This document shows positions 17,513 through 25,706 of a DNA stretch of 64,000 bases, piece by piece (within the stretch, counting starts at the first letter, position 1; each line of letters opens with the position of its first letter). A model generated the notes under the pieces. That model worked only from the letters and a program-made list of their open reading frames with translations. It did no database searches and was not told the origin of the DNA. The position numbers were made by a program, and so were the translations under genes. The DNA is from Chloroflexota bacterium (GTDB taxonomy: Bacteria; Chloroflexota; Limnocylindria; P2-11E), in assembly GCA_031404235.1 (NCBI GenBank), contig JANNHF010000143.1, positions 23,999-87,998 on the forward strand, in the 5' to 3' direction.

Positions 17513-19060
17513 GTGCGAGCACTCCTCTCAGCTTCAGATACGACCGGTCTCGTCGCGTTCGCGCGCGGCTTGCGCGAGCTTGGCTGGGATCTGATCGCGA
17601 CCGATGGCACGCGGGCGGCGCTCGCGATGGAGGGCATCGACGCCAAGGCTGTCGAAGAGCAGACCGGCTCGCCGGTGCTGCTTGGTGGTCGGGTCAAGAC
17701 GCTGCATCCCCGCATCCACGCGGCGCTGCTGGCGCGACGCGACGACGAGGCGCACCTGGCAGAGCTCGCGCGCGAAGGCATCGAACCGATCGACCTCGTC
17801 GCGGTGAACCTGTATCCCTACGCGAAGGCCGCGGCTGCGGGGAAGCGTGGCCTCGAGCTGCAGGACCAGATCGACATCGGCGGCGCGACACTGCTGCGCG
17901 CCGCGGCCAAGAACTACCAGGATGTCGTCGTCGTTGCGCGACCGGACCGTTACGGCGCTGTGCTGGACGAGCTCAAGGGCCGGGGCACCGTGTCGCTGGA
18001 GACGCGCCGACTCCTCGCTGCTGAGGCGTTCTCGCACACCGCGGCGTACGACGCCACGATCGCATCGCGCTTCGTGAACGAGGCCGGGATCCAGTTTCCT
18101 GACGACATGACGCTCTCGCTTCGAAAGGTGCGCGATCTGCGCTACGGCGAGAACCCGCACCAGCAGGCGGCGTTCTACGCGATCCGCGGCGAGGAGAGCG
18201 GCGCGATGGTCTCGATGGAGCAGATCCATGGCCGCGCAGCGAGCTTCAACAACGTTCTCGACATCAACGCGGCCTGGCGCATCGTCTCCGACTTCGCGCA
18301 GCCGACCGTCGCGATCGTGAAGCATCAGAACCCCTCAGGCATCGCGTCCGAGAGCGAGATCACCAAGGCGTACCAGCGCGCGTTCATGGCCGACTCGGTC
18401 TCGGCGTTCGGAGGCATCGTGGGCGCCAACCGGCCTGTCACGCGCGAGCTCGCCGAAGCGATGCAGGACACGTTCTACGAGGCCATCATCGCGCCGGGCT
18501 TCGAGGACGACGCCCTGCCTCTGCTTCGCCAGCGAAAGAACCTCGAGATCCTGTCGGTGCCGAACGCGCTCGTGGATGGCCGGCGTCTCCGTCGCGCCGA
18601 TCATAGATTCGACCTGAAGAAGGTCGCGGGAGGTCTCCTGGTCCAGACGCCGGACGAGTCCGTGACGGAAGAGGGGAACTTCAAGGTCGTAACGGAGCGC
18701 ACGCCGACGCTCGAAGAGCTGACCGACCTGCTGTTCGCATGGCGCTGCGTGCGCCACGTCACGTCCAACGCGATCGTCCTTGTGAAGGGCCTCGCCAGCG
18801 TCGGCGTGGGTCCCGGTCAGCTGTCGCGCGTTGTCGCCGTCGAGGTCGCCGTCCGGAAGGCCGGCGAGAACGCGCGCCTCGCCGTCATGGCGTCCGACGC
18901 GTACTTCCCGTTCCCGGACGGCATCGAGGTCGCAGCCCGCGCGGGCGTGACCGCGATCATCCAGCCCGGCGGTTCACTCCGCGACGCGATGATGATCGAG
19001 ACGGCGAACAAGCACCGCATGGCCATGCTGTTCACGGGGCGGCGGCACTTCAAGCACTAG
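17513..19060 (+). CDS. purH: bifunctional AICAR formyltransferase / IMP cyclohydrolase
   Basis: 515 aa; MGS-like N-domain (RALLSASDTTGLVAFARGL..GWDLIATDGT) and AICARFT domain; GTG start with AGGGAGA SD. Confidence 0.95.
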   Translation: MRALLSASDTTGLVAFARGLRELGWDLIATDGTRAALAMEGIDAKAVEEQTGSPVLLGGRVKTLHPRIHAALLARRDDEAHLAELAREGIEPIDLVAVNLYPYAKAAAAGKRGLELQDQIDIGGATLLRAAAKNYQDVVVVARPDRYGAVLDELKGRGTVSLETRRLLAAEAFSHTAAYDATIASRFVNEAGIQFPDDMTLSLRKVRDLRYGENPHQQAAFYAIRGEESGAMVSMEQIHGRAASFNNVLDINAAWRIVSDFAQPTVAIVKHQNPSGIASESEITKAYQRAFMADSVSAFGGIVGANRPVTRELAEAMQDTFYEAIIAPGFEDDALPLLRQRKNLEILSVPNALVDGRRLRRADHRFDLKKVAGGLLVQTPDESVTEEGNFKVVTERTPTLEELTDLLFAWRCVRHVTSNAIVLVKGLASVGVGPGQLSRVVAVEVAVRKAGENARLAVMASDAYFPFPDGIEVAARAGVTAIIQPGGSLRDAMMIETANKHRMAMLFTGRRHFKH

Positions 19061-19069
19061 CCGTAGCGA

Positions 19070-19768
19070 CTACCCCAGCTCGATGTAGCGGAAGGCCTCC
19101 GCAGCCGGCACGTTCCACGCGGCACCGATGCTCTTCGCCCACGTTCGCATGCGTTTGGGGAACTCGGTGCGCCCGCCGAGCTGCGATTTGTGCGATCGCA
19201 GAGCCTTGATCTTCTTATCGAGCGTGCCGCTGATGTCGAACCACACGTTCGGCTCGCGCGTGCCGAACAGGAGGACGCGGGAGACGCGATGCTTCGCGAG
19301 CTTGCCACCGCCCAGCTGTTCGGGAAAGAAGAGGTGGTCGCGCGCCGCGATCACGCCATCAAGGCCCGACCATCCCGCGACACGGTGGTCGGGGTGGACC
19401 TGGTAGTGGCCCCATGGATCGTTGGTGAAGACGAGGTCGGGCTTGTACTCGCGGATGACGCGACAGACCTCCTCGCGAAGCGCCATCGACCGCTCCAGCT
19501 CGCCGTCGTGGTGCCGGAGAAAGACGAATTCCTTGACGCCGATGGCCTCGCCGGCCGCGCGTTGCTCTCTCTCGCGCGTCTGCGCGAGCGCCTGGGGCGA
19601 CAAGTCCGGATCGTGTGTGCCCTTGTCGCCGCTGGTGAGAAGGCAGTAGGTGACGTGCGTCCCGCGCTCGATGAAGGAGGCGAGCGTGCCCGAGCATCCG
19701 AAGTCGACGTCATCGGGGTGCGCCACGACGGCCATCGCACGCTTCGGGATCGCGAATGCTTCCGCCAC
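19070..19768 (-). CDS. PIG-L / LmbE-family N-acetylglucosaminyl deacetylase (MshB/BshB-like)
   Basis: AVVAHPDDVDFGCSGTLA (AHPDDE-type motif), VIREYKPDLVF, HPDHRVAG. Start set at in-frame GTG (LKVAEAF) 2 nt after the GT stop with GGAGGT 6 nt upstream; the track's longer N-terminus is Arg-rich junk. Confidence 0.7.
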   Translation of the reverse strand: MAEAFAIPKRAMAVVAHPDDVDFGCSGTLASFIERGTHVTYCLLTSGDKGTHDPDLSPQALAQTREREQRAAGEAIGVKEFVFLRHHDGELERSMALREEVCRVIREYKPDLVFTNDPWGHYQVHPDHRVAGWSGLDGVIAARDHLFFPEQLGGGKLAKHRVSRVLLFGTREPNVWFDISGTLDKKIKALRSHKSQLGGRTEFPKRMRTWAKSIGAAWNVPAAEAFRYIELG

Positions 19769-19770
19769 CT

Positions 19771-21036
19771 TTAGACCTCCACCGCCGGAGATGACGCGAG
19801 CACCGATCCGTAGAGCGCATCGATCTTCTCGCCGACGCTTTGCCAGGTGTAATGCTCGGCGCGATCTCGCGCGCCGTGCGCGAGATGCATCCGCAGCCGA
19901 TGATCCGTGAGCAACTGTTCGATCGCGGCCGCAAGCGCCTCGTCGTCGCCAGCGGGAACGAGGAGGCCCGACTCGCCGTGTTCGATGAGCGTCTGAAGGC
20001 CGCCGACGCGTGTGCCAACGACGGGTGTTCCACACGCCATCGCCTCGAGTGCGACGAGACCGAAGGATTCCGTCAGCGACGGCACCGCGCAGACGTCCGC
20101 CGCGGCGTAATAGAGCGCGAGCCGGTCTTGGTCGAGCGAGCCTACGAAGTTGACGTTCGCCTCCATGCGGTGCTCGTGCACAAGTCGGCGCAGCTCCTGG
20201 ATCTTCTCGGTCTCGGGCGCGTCGTCTTGCGGATCGAGCGCACCGCCGACGACGAGGAGGCAGACGTCACTGCGAAGATCGGGTCGGCGGAGGAACAGCA
20301 GGCCCAGCGCGCGCAGCAGCACGTCGATCCCCTTGATCTGCTCGATACGACCGACGAACAGCACGATGCGCTCGCATTGGTCGCGGCCGAGGCGATCGCG
20401 CGCGTCCGCTTGGCGGATCGGCCGGAACACCATCGGATCGACGCCGCAGGGGATGATCCGGACCCTGGCCGGATCCGCGCCGTAGAGGTCGCGCAGCTCG
20501 TCGAGCTCGATCTCGCTCGCCGCGACGATCGCCGCGGACTCCTGGATGGCCTGGCGCTCGATCTCAACGCGCACGTCACTCTCGCCGTCGATGTCCTCGT
20601 CCATGACTTCGCGCTTCACCAGACCCAGGGTGTGGAACATCTGGATGCGCGGCACTCCCCAGCGTGCTGCGAGGGTGCGCGCGACGCTTGCGGACAGCCA
20701 GTAGTGCGAATGTATGAGGTCGTACGACCGACCCTCTGCGGCGACGTGCTCGTCGACCTTCGCGGTGAACTCGTCGAGGTGGTCGTACACGTCCATCTTC
20801 GGCCAGTACCCGATCGGTCCGGATTCGATGTGGATGACACGCGCGTTCTCGCCGAACTGCTGGATGCGCGGGTCGTACTTCTCGCGCCAGCGCGTGAACA
20901 CGTCCACCTCGATACCGCGCTGCCCGAGCACACGCGCCAGCTCGCGCACGTAGACGTTCATTCCGCCCGAGTCCCGACCACCAAGTTTCGCGAGCGGACA
21001 CGCATGGACCGACAGCATCGCGACTCGGCGCGTCAT
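19771..21036 (-). CDS. GT4 glycosyltransferase, MshA-like (D-inositol-3-phosphate / acceptor GlcNAc transferase family)
   Basis: RVAMLSVHACPLAKLGGRDSGGMNVYVRELARVL...DLIHSHYWLSASVARTLAARWGVPRIQMFHTLGLVK...ESFGLVALEAMACGTPVVGTRVGG closely follows the MshA N-terminal and EX7E-region pattern. Confidence 0.75.
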   Translation of the reverse strand: MTRRVAMLSVHACPLAKLGGRDSGGMNVYVRELARVLGQRGIEVDVFTRWREKYDPRIQQFGENARVIHIESGPIGYWPKMDVYDHLDEFTAKVDEHVAAEGRSYDLIHSHYWLSASVARTLAARWGVPRIQMFHTLGLVKREVMDEDIDGESDVRVEIERQAIQESAAIVAASEIELDELRDLYGADPARVRIIPCGVDPMVFRPIRQADARDRLGRDQCERIVLFVGRIEQIKGIDVLLRALGLLFLRRPDLRSDVCLLVVGGALDPQDDAPETEKIQELRRLVHEHRMEANVNFVGSLDQDRLALYYAAADVCAVPSLTESFGLVALEAMACGTPVVGTRVGGLQTLIEHGESGLLVPAGDDEALAAAIEQLLTDHRLRMHLAHGARDRAEHYTWQSVGEKIDALYGSVLASSPAVEV

Positions 21037-22016
21037 AGACGTGTGGCGTCGAGCCGCCCGAGCCAGCGGTCCGTCGCGCCGAGGTCGTACTTGTACGGCT
21101 CGTCGCCTCTCAGCAGGTCGTAGGTGTCGAAATGCTCGCGGATCGCCTCACGGATCGCCCAGGCGTGGCTGACGATGCCGATCGACAGCGATGCGAGCGC
21201 CGGATCGTACGCGGCGTTGTAAAGCGCGAGCGTGCCGCGGTAAGCGAACGCGAACAACACGGCGGCGTCTTCGTCGTGCGCACGCAGCACACCCAGACGC
21301 AGCCGTCCCAGCGGTGCGAGCGCGTCGGCGATGTCGCGGAAGAACCGCTCGACGGGCGCTGTCATGAAGTCCGCCTTCTCGCCGCGCGACAGCCGGTGCA
21401 GCGCGAAGAAGCGATCCAGTGTCGCGCCGCGTTCTGCGTCGCCGGCCCAGCGGAAGGTGGCCTGGGTGGCGTTTTCGAGGCGGCGGATCTTTCGGCGCAG
21501 CTCGTGCCGCTCCTTCTTCCCGAGGCTCTGCACGTACGTCTCGAAGTCTGCGGGGAGGCCGAGGCGCGGGCTGGTGATCAGGCGCGAGCGCTCGACGGCG
21601 TAGCCGCCCTGCTCGAGTGCGACCGCGACCGCGTCGAGGGTCGGCGAGTCCTCGGGCACGAATTCGATGCGGACCCGCCGCGGTGCATCAGTGACCATCC
21701 AGTTGGCGACCGCGGTGGCGATCTCGCGTTCCCGACCCGCCGGTGCGACCACGTCCTGCTCGTCGGTGAGCTCGCCGCCTGCGAAGCGGATGGTGCCGTC
21801 CACGTCGCGCGCGAGGGCCGCGATGCCGTGCGGTGCGTCGCCGACCGCGAGTGTCACCGGTTCGGCGCTGTCGTGTTCGCGCGCCACACGGATCCAGTCC
21901 GGAGTGAGGAAGATGCTGGCTGGCGATCGCCGTTCGGCGATCTCTGACCAGGCTTCGGAGAGCTCGGCGGGGGCGCGCGGGGTACAACCCGCGTCAGGCC
22001 CGGTCATGAGGGTCAC
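21033..22016 (-). CDS. GNAT-fold acyltransferase of the FemAB/CelD-like (Acetyltransf_6) type
   Basis: 327 aa; C-terminal LYNAAYDPALASLSIGIVSHAWAIREAIREHFDTYDLLRGDEPYKYDLGA matches that family's conserved tail. ATGA overlap with the downstream GT. Start GTG 22016 or ATG 22007. Confidence 0.55.
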   Translation of the reverse strand: MTLMTGPDAGCTPRAPAELSEAWSEIAERRSPASIFLTPDWIRVAREHDSAEPVTLAVGDAPHGIAALARDVDGTIRFAGGELTDEQDVVAPAGREREIATAVANWMVTDAPRRVRIEFVPEDSPTLDAVAVALEQGGYAVERSRLITSPRLGLPADFETYVQSLGKKERHELRRKIRRLENATQATFRWAGDAERGATLDRFFALHRLSRGEKADFMTAPVERFFRDIADALAPLGRLRLGVLRAHDEDAAVLFAFAYRGTLALYNAAYDPALASLSIGIVSHAWAIREAIREHFDTYDLLRGDEPYKYDLGATDRWLGRLDATRL

Positions 22017-22076
22017 GTGCTTTCGAGTTTAGGGGGCACGCCGGATGAACGTCCGCGTCGTACCTATCATTCCCGC

Positions 22077-23237
22077 GTGCTCGACCGCGACGCGCCGCGG
22101 GTCGTGATCGCTCCTCAATCGTTCAAGGGCAGTGCCGACGCGGTCGCCGTCGCGCGCGCTATCGCGCGCGGCATACGGCGCGTTTGGCCTCGCGCGGAAT
22201 GCGTCGAGCTGCCGCTCGCGGATGGGGGAGAGGGGACTGCGCTTGCCCTCGTGCGTGCGACGGGCGGCGAGCTGCGGAGCGCGCGCGTGCACGATCCGCT
22301 CGGACGTGAGATCGACGCGCAGTGGGGCGTGCTCGGCGATCGCGCGACCGCCGTCCTCGAGATGGCCGCAGCGAGCGGGCTTCCGCTCCTTCGCGACGAC
22401 GAGCGCGATCCACGCATCACGTCCACGCACGGCACCGGCGAGCTCATCCTGGCCGCGGCGGCTTCGGGCGCGCAGCGCATCGTCATCGGCATCGGCGGTA
22501 GCGCGACGAACGACGGCGGCGCCGGCATGGCGCGCGCGTTCGGCTACCGCTTCTTCGACGCCGACGGCGGCGAACTGCCGGAGGGTGGCGCCGCCCTCGC
22601 GCGTCTCGCGCGCATCGAGGGGCAGACCGATCCGCGTCTCATCCGGCCTGCGATCGACGTCGCGTGCGACGTGCGCAATCCGCTGCTCGGCCCCGAGGGC
22701 GCGACCGCGGTCTACGGACCGCAGAAGGGCGCGACGCCCCAGATCCAACGCGAGCTTGAGGCGGCGCTCACGCGTTACGCGGACGTCGTCGAGGCATTCG
22801 TGGGTCGTGACGTGCGGAGCGTGCCCGGAGCGGGCGCGGCCGGTGGTCTCGGTGCGGGGCTCATCGCCTTCCTCGATGCGCGACTCGTCTCTGGAGCGTT
22901 GCTCGTCCTCGACGCCGTCGGGTTCGACAAACGGCTGGTCGGAGCGGACCTCGTGGTGACGGGCGAAGGGCGCATCGACAGGCAGAGCATGTACGGCAAG
23001 CTCACGCATGCCGTGACCGTCGCGGCGAAACGGCGCGGCATCCCGGTCGTCGCGGTGGCGGGGATGATCGGTCCGGGTCACGATGCGATGCGTGACGCCG
23101 GCGTCGAGGCGATCGAGACCCTCGCGGGCCAGTCGGAGGCCGACCGCGACGCTGCGATGCGCGACCCGCTGCCGCGCATCGAGGATGCCGCGGAGCGACT
23201 GGTCCGTGCTCGTGCAGCGGCCCGCGGAAGCCGGTAG
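22077..23237 (+). CDS. glxK: glycerate kinase (GlxK/GarK family)
   Basis: VVIAPQSFKGSADAVAVARAIARGI matches the glycerate kinase N-terminus (MKIVIAPDSFKES...); GGSATNDGGAGMARAFG is the family motif. The track start at 22017 abuts the divergent gene start (CACGTG), so a downstream GTG (22077 or 22104) is more likely; start uncertain. Confidence 0.7.
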   Translation: MLDRDAPRVVIAPQSFKGSADAVAVARAIARGIRRVWPRAECVELPLADGGEGTALALVRATGGELRSARVHDPLGREIDAQWGVLGDRATAVLEMAAASGLPLLRDDERDPRITSTHGTGELILAAAASGAQRIVIGIGGSATNDGGAGMARAFGYRFFDADGGELPEGGAALARLARIEGQTDPRLIRPAIDVACDVRNPLLGPEGATAVYGPQKGATPQIQRELEAALTRYADVVEAFVGRDVRSVPGAGAAGGLGAGLIAFLDARLVSGALLVLDAVGFDKRLVGADLVVTGEGRIDRQSMYGKLTHAVTVAAKRRGIPVVAVAGMIGPGHDAMRDAGVEAIETLAGQSEADRDAAMRDPLPRIEDAAERLVRARAAARGSR

Positions 23238-23248
23238 GGTCTAGCCCC

Positions 23249-24238
23249 ATGCTCGGCCCGCCGGTCCCCACCGATCGGACCTCCAGCCTTGAGCTCGTGC
23301 GCATCACCGAAGCGGCCGCGCTCGCGGCCGCCCACTGGATGGGCCATGGCAACAACGATCGCGCCGACGAGGCCGCGGTCGAGGCGATGCGGAAGGCGAT
23401 GGACGAGGTCGCGTTCCACGGCACCGTCGTCATCGGCGAGGGCGAGCGCGACGAGGCACCGATGCTCTACATCGGTGAGAAGGTGGGGCGTGGTGACGGT
23501 CCCGAGGTCGACATCGCGGTCGATCCGCTCGAGGGCACGAACCCCGTCGCGAAGGGACGCGCGAACGCGCTGGCGACGATCGCGGTATCCGAACCCGGCG
23601 GCCTGCTCCACGCGCCCGATACCTATATGGAGAAGCTCGTCGTCGGGAAGCCGGCTGCGGGACAGGTCGATCTCGACCGTCCGGTCGCGGAGAACCTGAA
23701 GATCATCGCGAGGTCGCTGAATCGTGACGTCGACGACCTCACGATCGTGATCCTCGACCGACCGCGCCACGAGCAGCTCGTCGCGCAGGTGCGCGCTGCC
23801 GGAGCGCGCATCAAGCTCATCGAGGACGGTGACCTCATGGCCGCGATCTCGGTGGCCGTGGCGGGCACCGGTGTGCACGCGGTCATGGGCATCGGCGGCG
23901 CGCCCGAGGGCGTTCTTGCCGCGGCCGCGCTGAGGTGCCTGCGCGCCGAGATCCTGGGGCGCCTCAAGTTCCGCAGCAACGAGGAGCGCGAGCGTGCCAA
24001 GAAGATGGGCATCGTCGACGACGGCCGCGTGTACCGCACTGAGGACCTGGCGAGCGGGCGGGACGTGCGATTCGTCGCCACGGGCGTGACCGACGGCGAC
24101 CTGCTGCAGGGAGTGCGCTTCTTCGCGGGCGGCGCTCGCACCCACTCGGTGCTCATGGACCGCCGACTCGGCAAGCTCCGCTTCATCGACACCACCCACT
24201 TCGAGGACCCAGCGAACCCACCCGTCGTCCGTCTCTAG
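23249..24238 (+). CDS. glpX: class II fructose-1,6-bisphosphatase
   Basis: 329 aa; ELVRITEAAALAAAHWMG...DIAVDPLEGT...VMGIGGAPEGV is the GlpX signature layout. Confidence 0.9.
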   Translation: MLGPPVPTDRTSSLELVRITEAAALAAAHWMGHGNNDRADEAAVEAMRKAMDEVAFHGTVVIGEGERDEAPMLYIGEKVGRGDGPEVDIAVDPLEGTNPVAKGRANALATIAVSEPGGLLHAPDTYMEKLVVGKPAAGQVDLDRPVAENLKIIARSLNRDVDDLTIVILDRPRHEQLVAQVRAAGARIKLIEDGDLMAAISVAVAGTGVHAVMGIGGAPEGVLAAAALRCLRAEILGRLKFRSNEERERAKKMGIVDDGRVYRTEDLASGRDVRFVATGVTDGDLLQGVRFFAGGARTHSVLMDRRLGKLRFIDTTHFEDPANPPVVRL

Positions 24239-24296
24239 AAACGCGCTGTCGATTTCCAGTTGACGCCGACCCCCAGGGCGCGTACCTTCTCGCGCC

Positions 24297-25616
24297 GTGC
24301 CAATGCGCGTCCGCCAGCGACGCATCGCCCCCGAATCGCCGGCCATGCGGCAACTGGGCCAGCGCCTGCGTGAAGCGCGCGTCGCAGCGGGTCTGAGCCA
24401 AGCGCAGCTTGGCGCTCCCTACTACACGCGCGCACATGTCAGCGCGATCGAGCTTGGCAAGATTCGCCCGGCGATGAAGTCCCTCGAACACTTGGCGACG
24501 AAGCTCGGGAAGCCGGTCTCGCACTTCATGGAGGACCGTCAGCTCGAAGAACAGCGAGGTGAACGAGCCGTGGCAATTGCCCGCGCGCACCAACTCACCG
24601 CCGAGGGCAAGGCGGCTGAAGCGATCGAGATTCTCCTTCCGTTGCTCGAGGAAGAGCAGACCCGGTTGGAGCGCGCCGGCGTCCTCCGCACGCTAGGCCG
24701 GGCGTACTGGGAGGCGGGTCTAGGCGCGAAATCCGCGACAGCGTTGCAGGAAGCGCTCGACATCTACCAGGCAAACGGAACCGTCGAGCTGATCGCTCGC
24801 GCGCGCGCCCAGCTCGGTATGGCGCTGCACCTGTTGATGAGCTACGCCGAGGCTGCCGAGCATTTCAGCGAGGCGCTTCGTGCGATGGCGCGTGGTGAAC
24901 TGCGCGACCCTGTGCTCAAAGTCCATGTGCTCCACAACCTCGGTCTCACCTTCTATCAACGGAATGAGTTCTCGCTCGCGCTCGAACACTTCGAACGCGC
25001 GGAGACTGAGGGCGCGGACATCGGCGATCCGAAGTGGCTCGCCTCCCTATTCGCCGCGATAGGAATGTCCTTTCATCAACTGAAGGATTACGACGCCGCC
25101 CTGGCGTACCTCGGCAAGAGCGAGGCTCTCTTCGAATCGATCCGGAACAGATCGCGGGTGGCTGAGATCCGCTTTCAGCGAGGGAGAGGCCTGTTGGCCA
25201 TCGGGCATCGCGCGAAGGGAATGGTCACGCTTCGCGAGGCCGAGCGGCTCGCTGGCGAGGCCGACAACCCTGTACTCGAGACGCGTATCGCAATGATCGC
25301 CGGACTGGCCCAGGTCGAGGGCGGTGAGGAGGCCGTCGGGACCGTGAGCCTACGAAACGCACACTCGCGCGCTGGCGAGCTCGGCGATCGCGCGCTTCGG
25401 GTCGCAACGGCAATAGCGCTCGCTCGTGCAATAAAGGAGCGGGCGCCGAGCGAGGCTGAGAAGGTGCTTCGTGAGGCTATCGAAATAATGCGAGATCGGC
25501 CGGGGCCCGAGCTCGGCGAGACGTATGCGGAGCTCAGCGACGTGCTATCAAGACGGGGGCTTGCCGAAGAGGCACTTGGCTATGCGCGTAGAGCCTTTGA
25601 ACTAGCGAAGCGTTAG
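24297..25616 (+). CDS. XRE-family HTH + TPR-repeat transcriptional regulator, paralog of 13687..14997
   Basis: LGQRLREARVAAGLSQAQLGAP...VSAIELGKIRPAMKSLEHLATKLGKPVSHFMED (HTH) then ~370 aa of TPR-like repeats. Same length class (439 vs 436 aa) and co-linear similarity to the first regulator. Confidence 0.8.
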   Translation: MPMRVRQRRIAPESPAMRQLGQRLREARVAAGLSQAQLGAPYYTRAHVSAIELGKIRPAMKSLEHLATKLGKPVSHFMEDRQLEEQRGERAVAIARAHQLTAEGKAAEAIEILLPLLEEEQTRLERAGVLRTLGRAYWEAGLGAKSATALQEALDIYQANGTVELIARARAQLGMALHLLMSYAEAAEHFSEALRAMARGELRDPVLKVHVLHNLGLTFYQRNEFSLALEHFERAETEGADIGDPKWLASLFAAIGMSFHQLKDYDAALAYLGKSEALFESIRNRSRVAEIRFQRGRGLLAIGHRAKGMVTLREAERLAGEADNPVLETRIAMIAGLAQVEGGEEAVGTVSLRNAHSRAGELGDRALRVATAIALARAIKERAPSEAEKVLREAIEIMRDRPGPELGETYAELSDVLSRRGLAEEALGYARRAFELAKR

Positions 25617-25625
25617 GGAGGTCGC

Positions 25626-25706
25626 ATGAAGATCTTGGCCTTGCTGTTCGCCGCGACGAGTGGAGCGCGCTCACTCATCGAGGTGCTCAAGCCGATCCTG
25701 GGCTAG
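25626..25706 (+). CDS. unannotated 26-aa hydrophobic peptide ORF immediately downstream of the XRE-TPR regulator (candidate signalling pro-peptide)
   Basis: taGGGAGGtcgcATG: perfect SD overlapping the regulator stop, ATG at 25626. Translation MKILALLFAATSGARSLIEVLKPILG then TAG; GC3 ~88 %. Fills the whole 86-nt gap between the regulator and convergent folD, with the two stop codons overlapping. Confidence 0.4.
   Translation: MKILALLFAATSGARSLIEVLKPILG

Noticed and set aside
22014-22019. Back-to-back divergent GTG starts forming CACGTG (acyltransferase at 22016, glycerate kinase at 22017)
   Set aside because: Zero-length divergent promoter region is implausible. The glycerate kinase family N-terminus (VVIAPQSFKGS) begins ~28 codons downstream, so the kinase most likely starts at GTG 22077 or 22104.
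24239-24296. Shared operator motif upstream of the two XRE-TPR regulators
   Set aside because: Only weak resemblance (AGTTGACG vs AGTTCGGTGAC) between 24255-24270 and 13655-13670; insufficient to call a common binding site.
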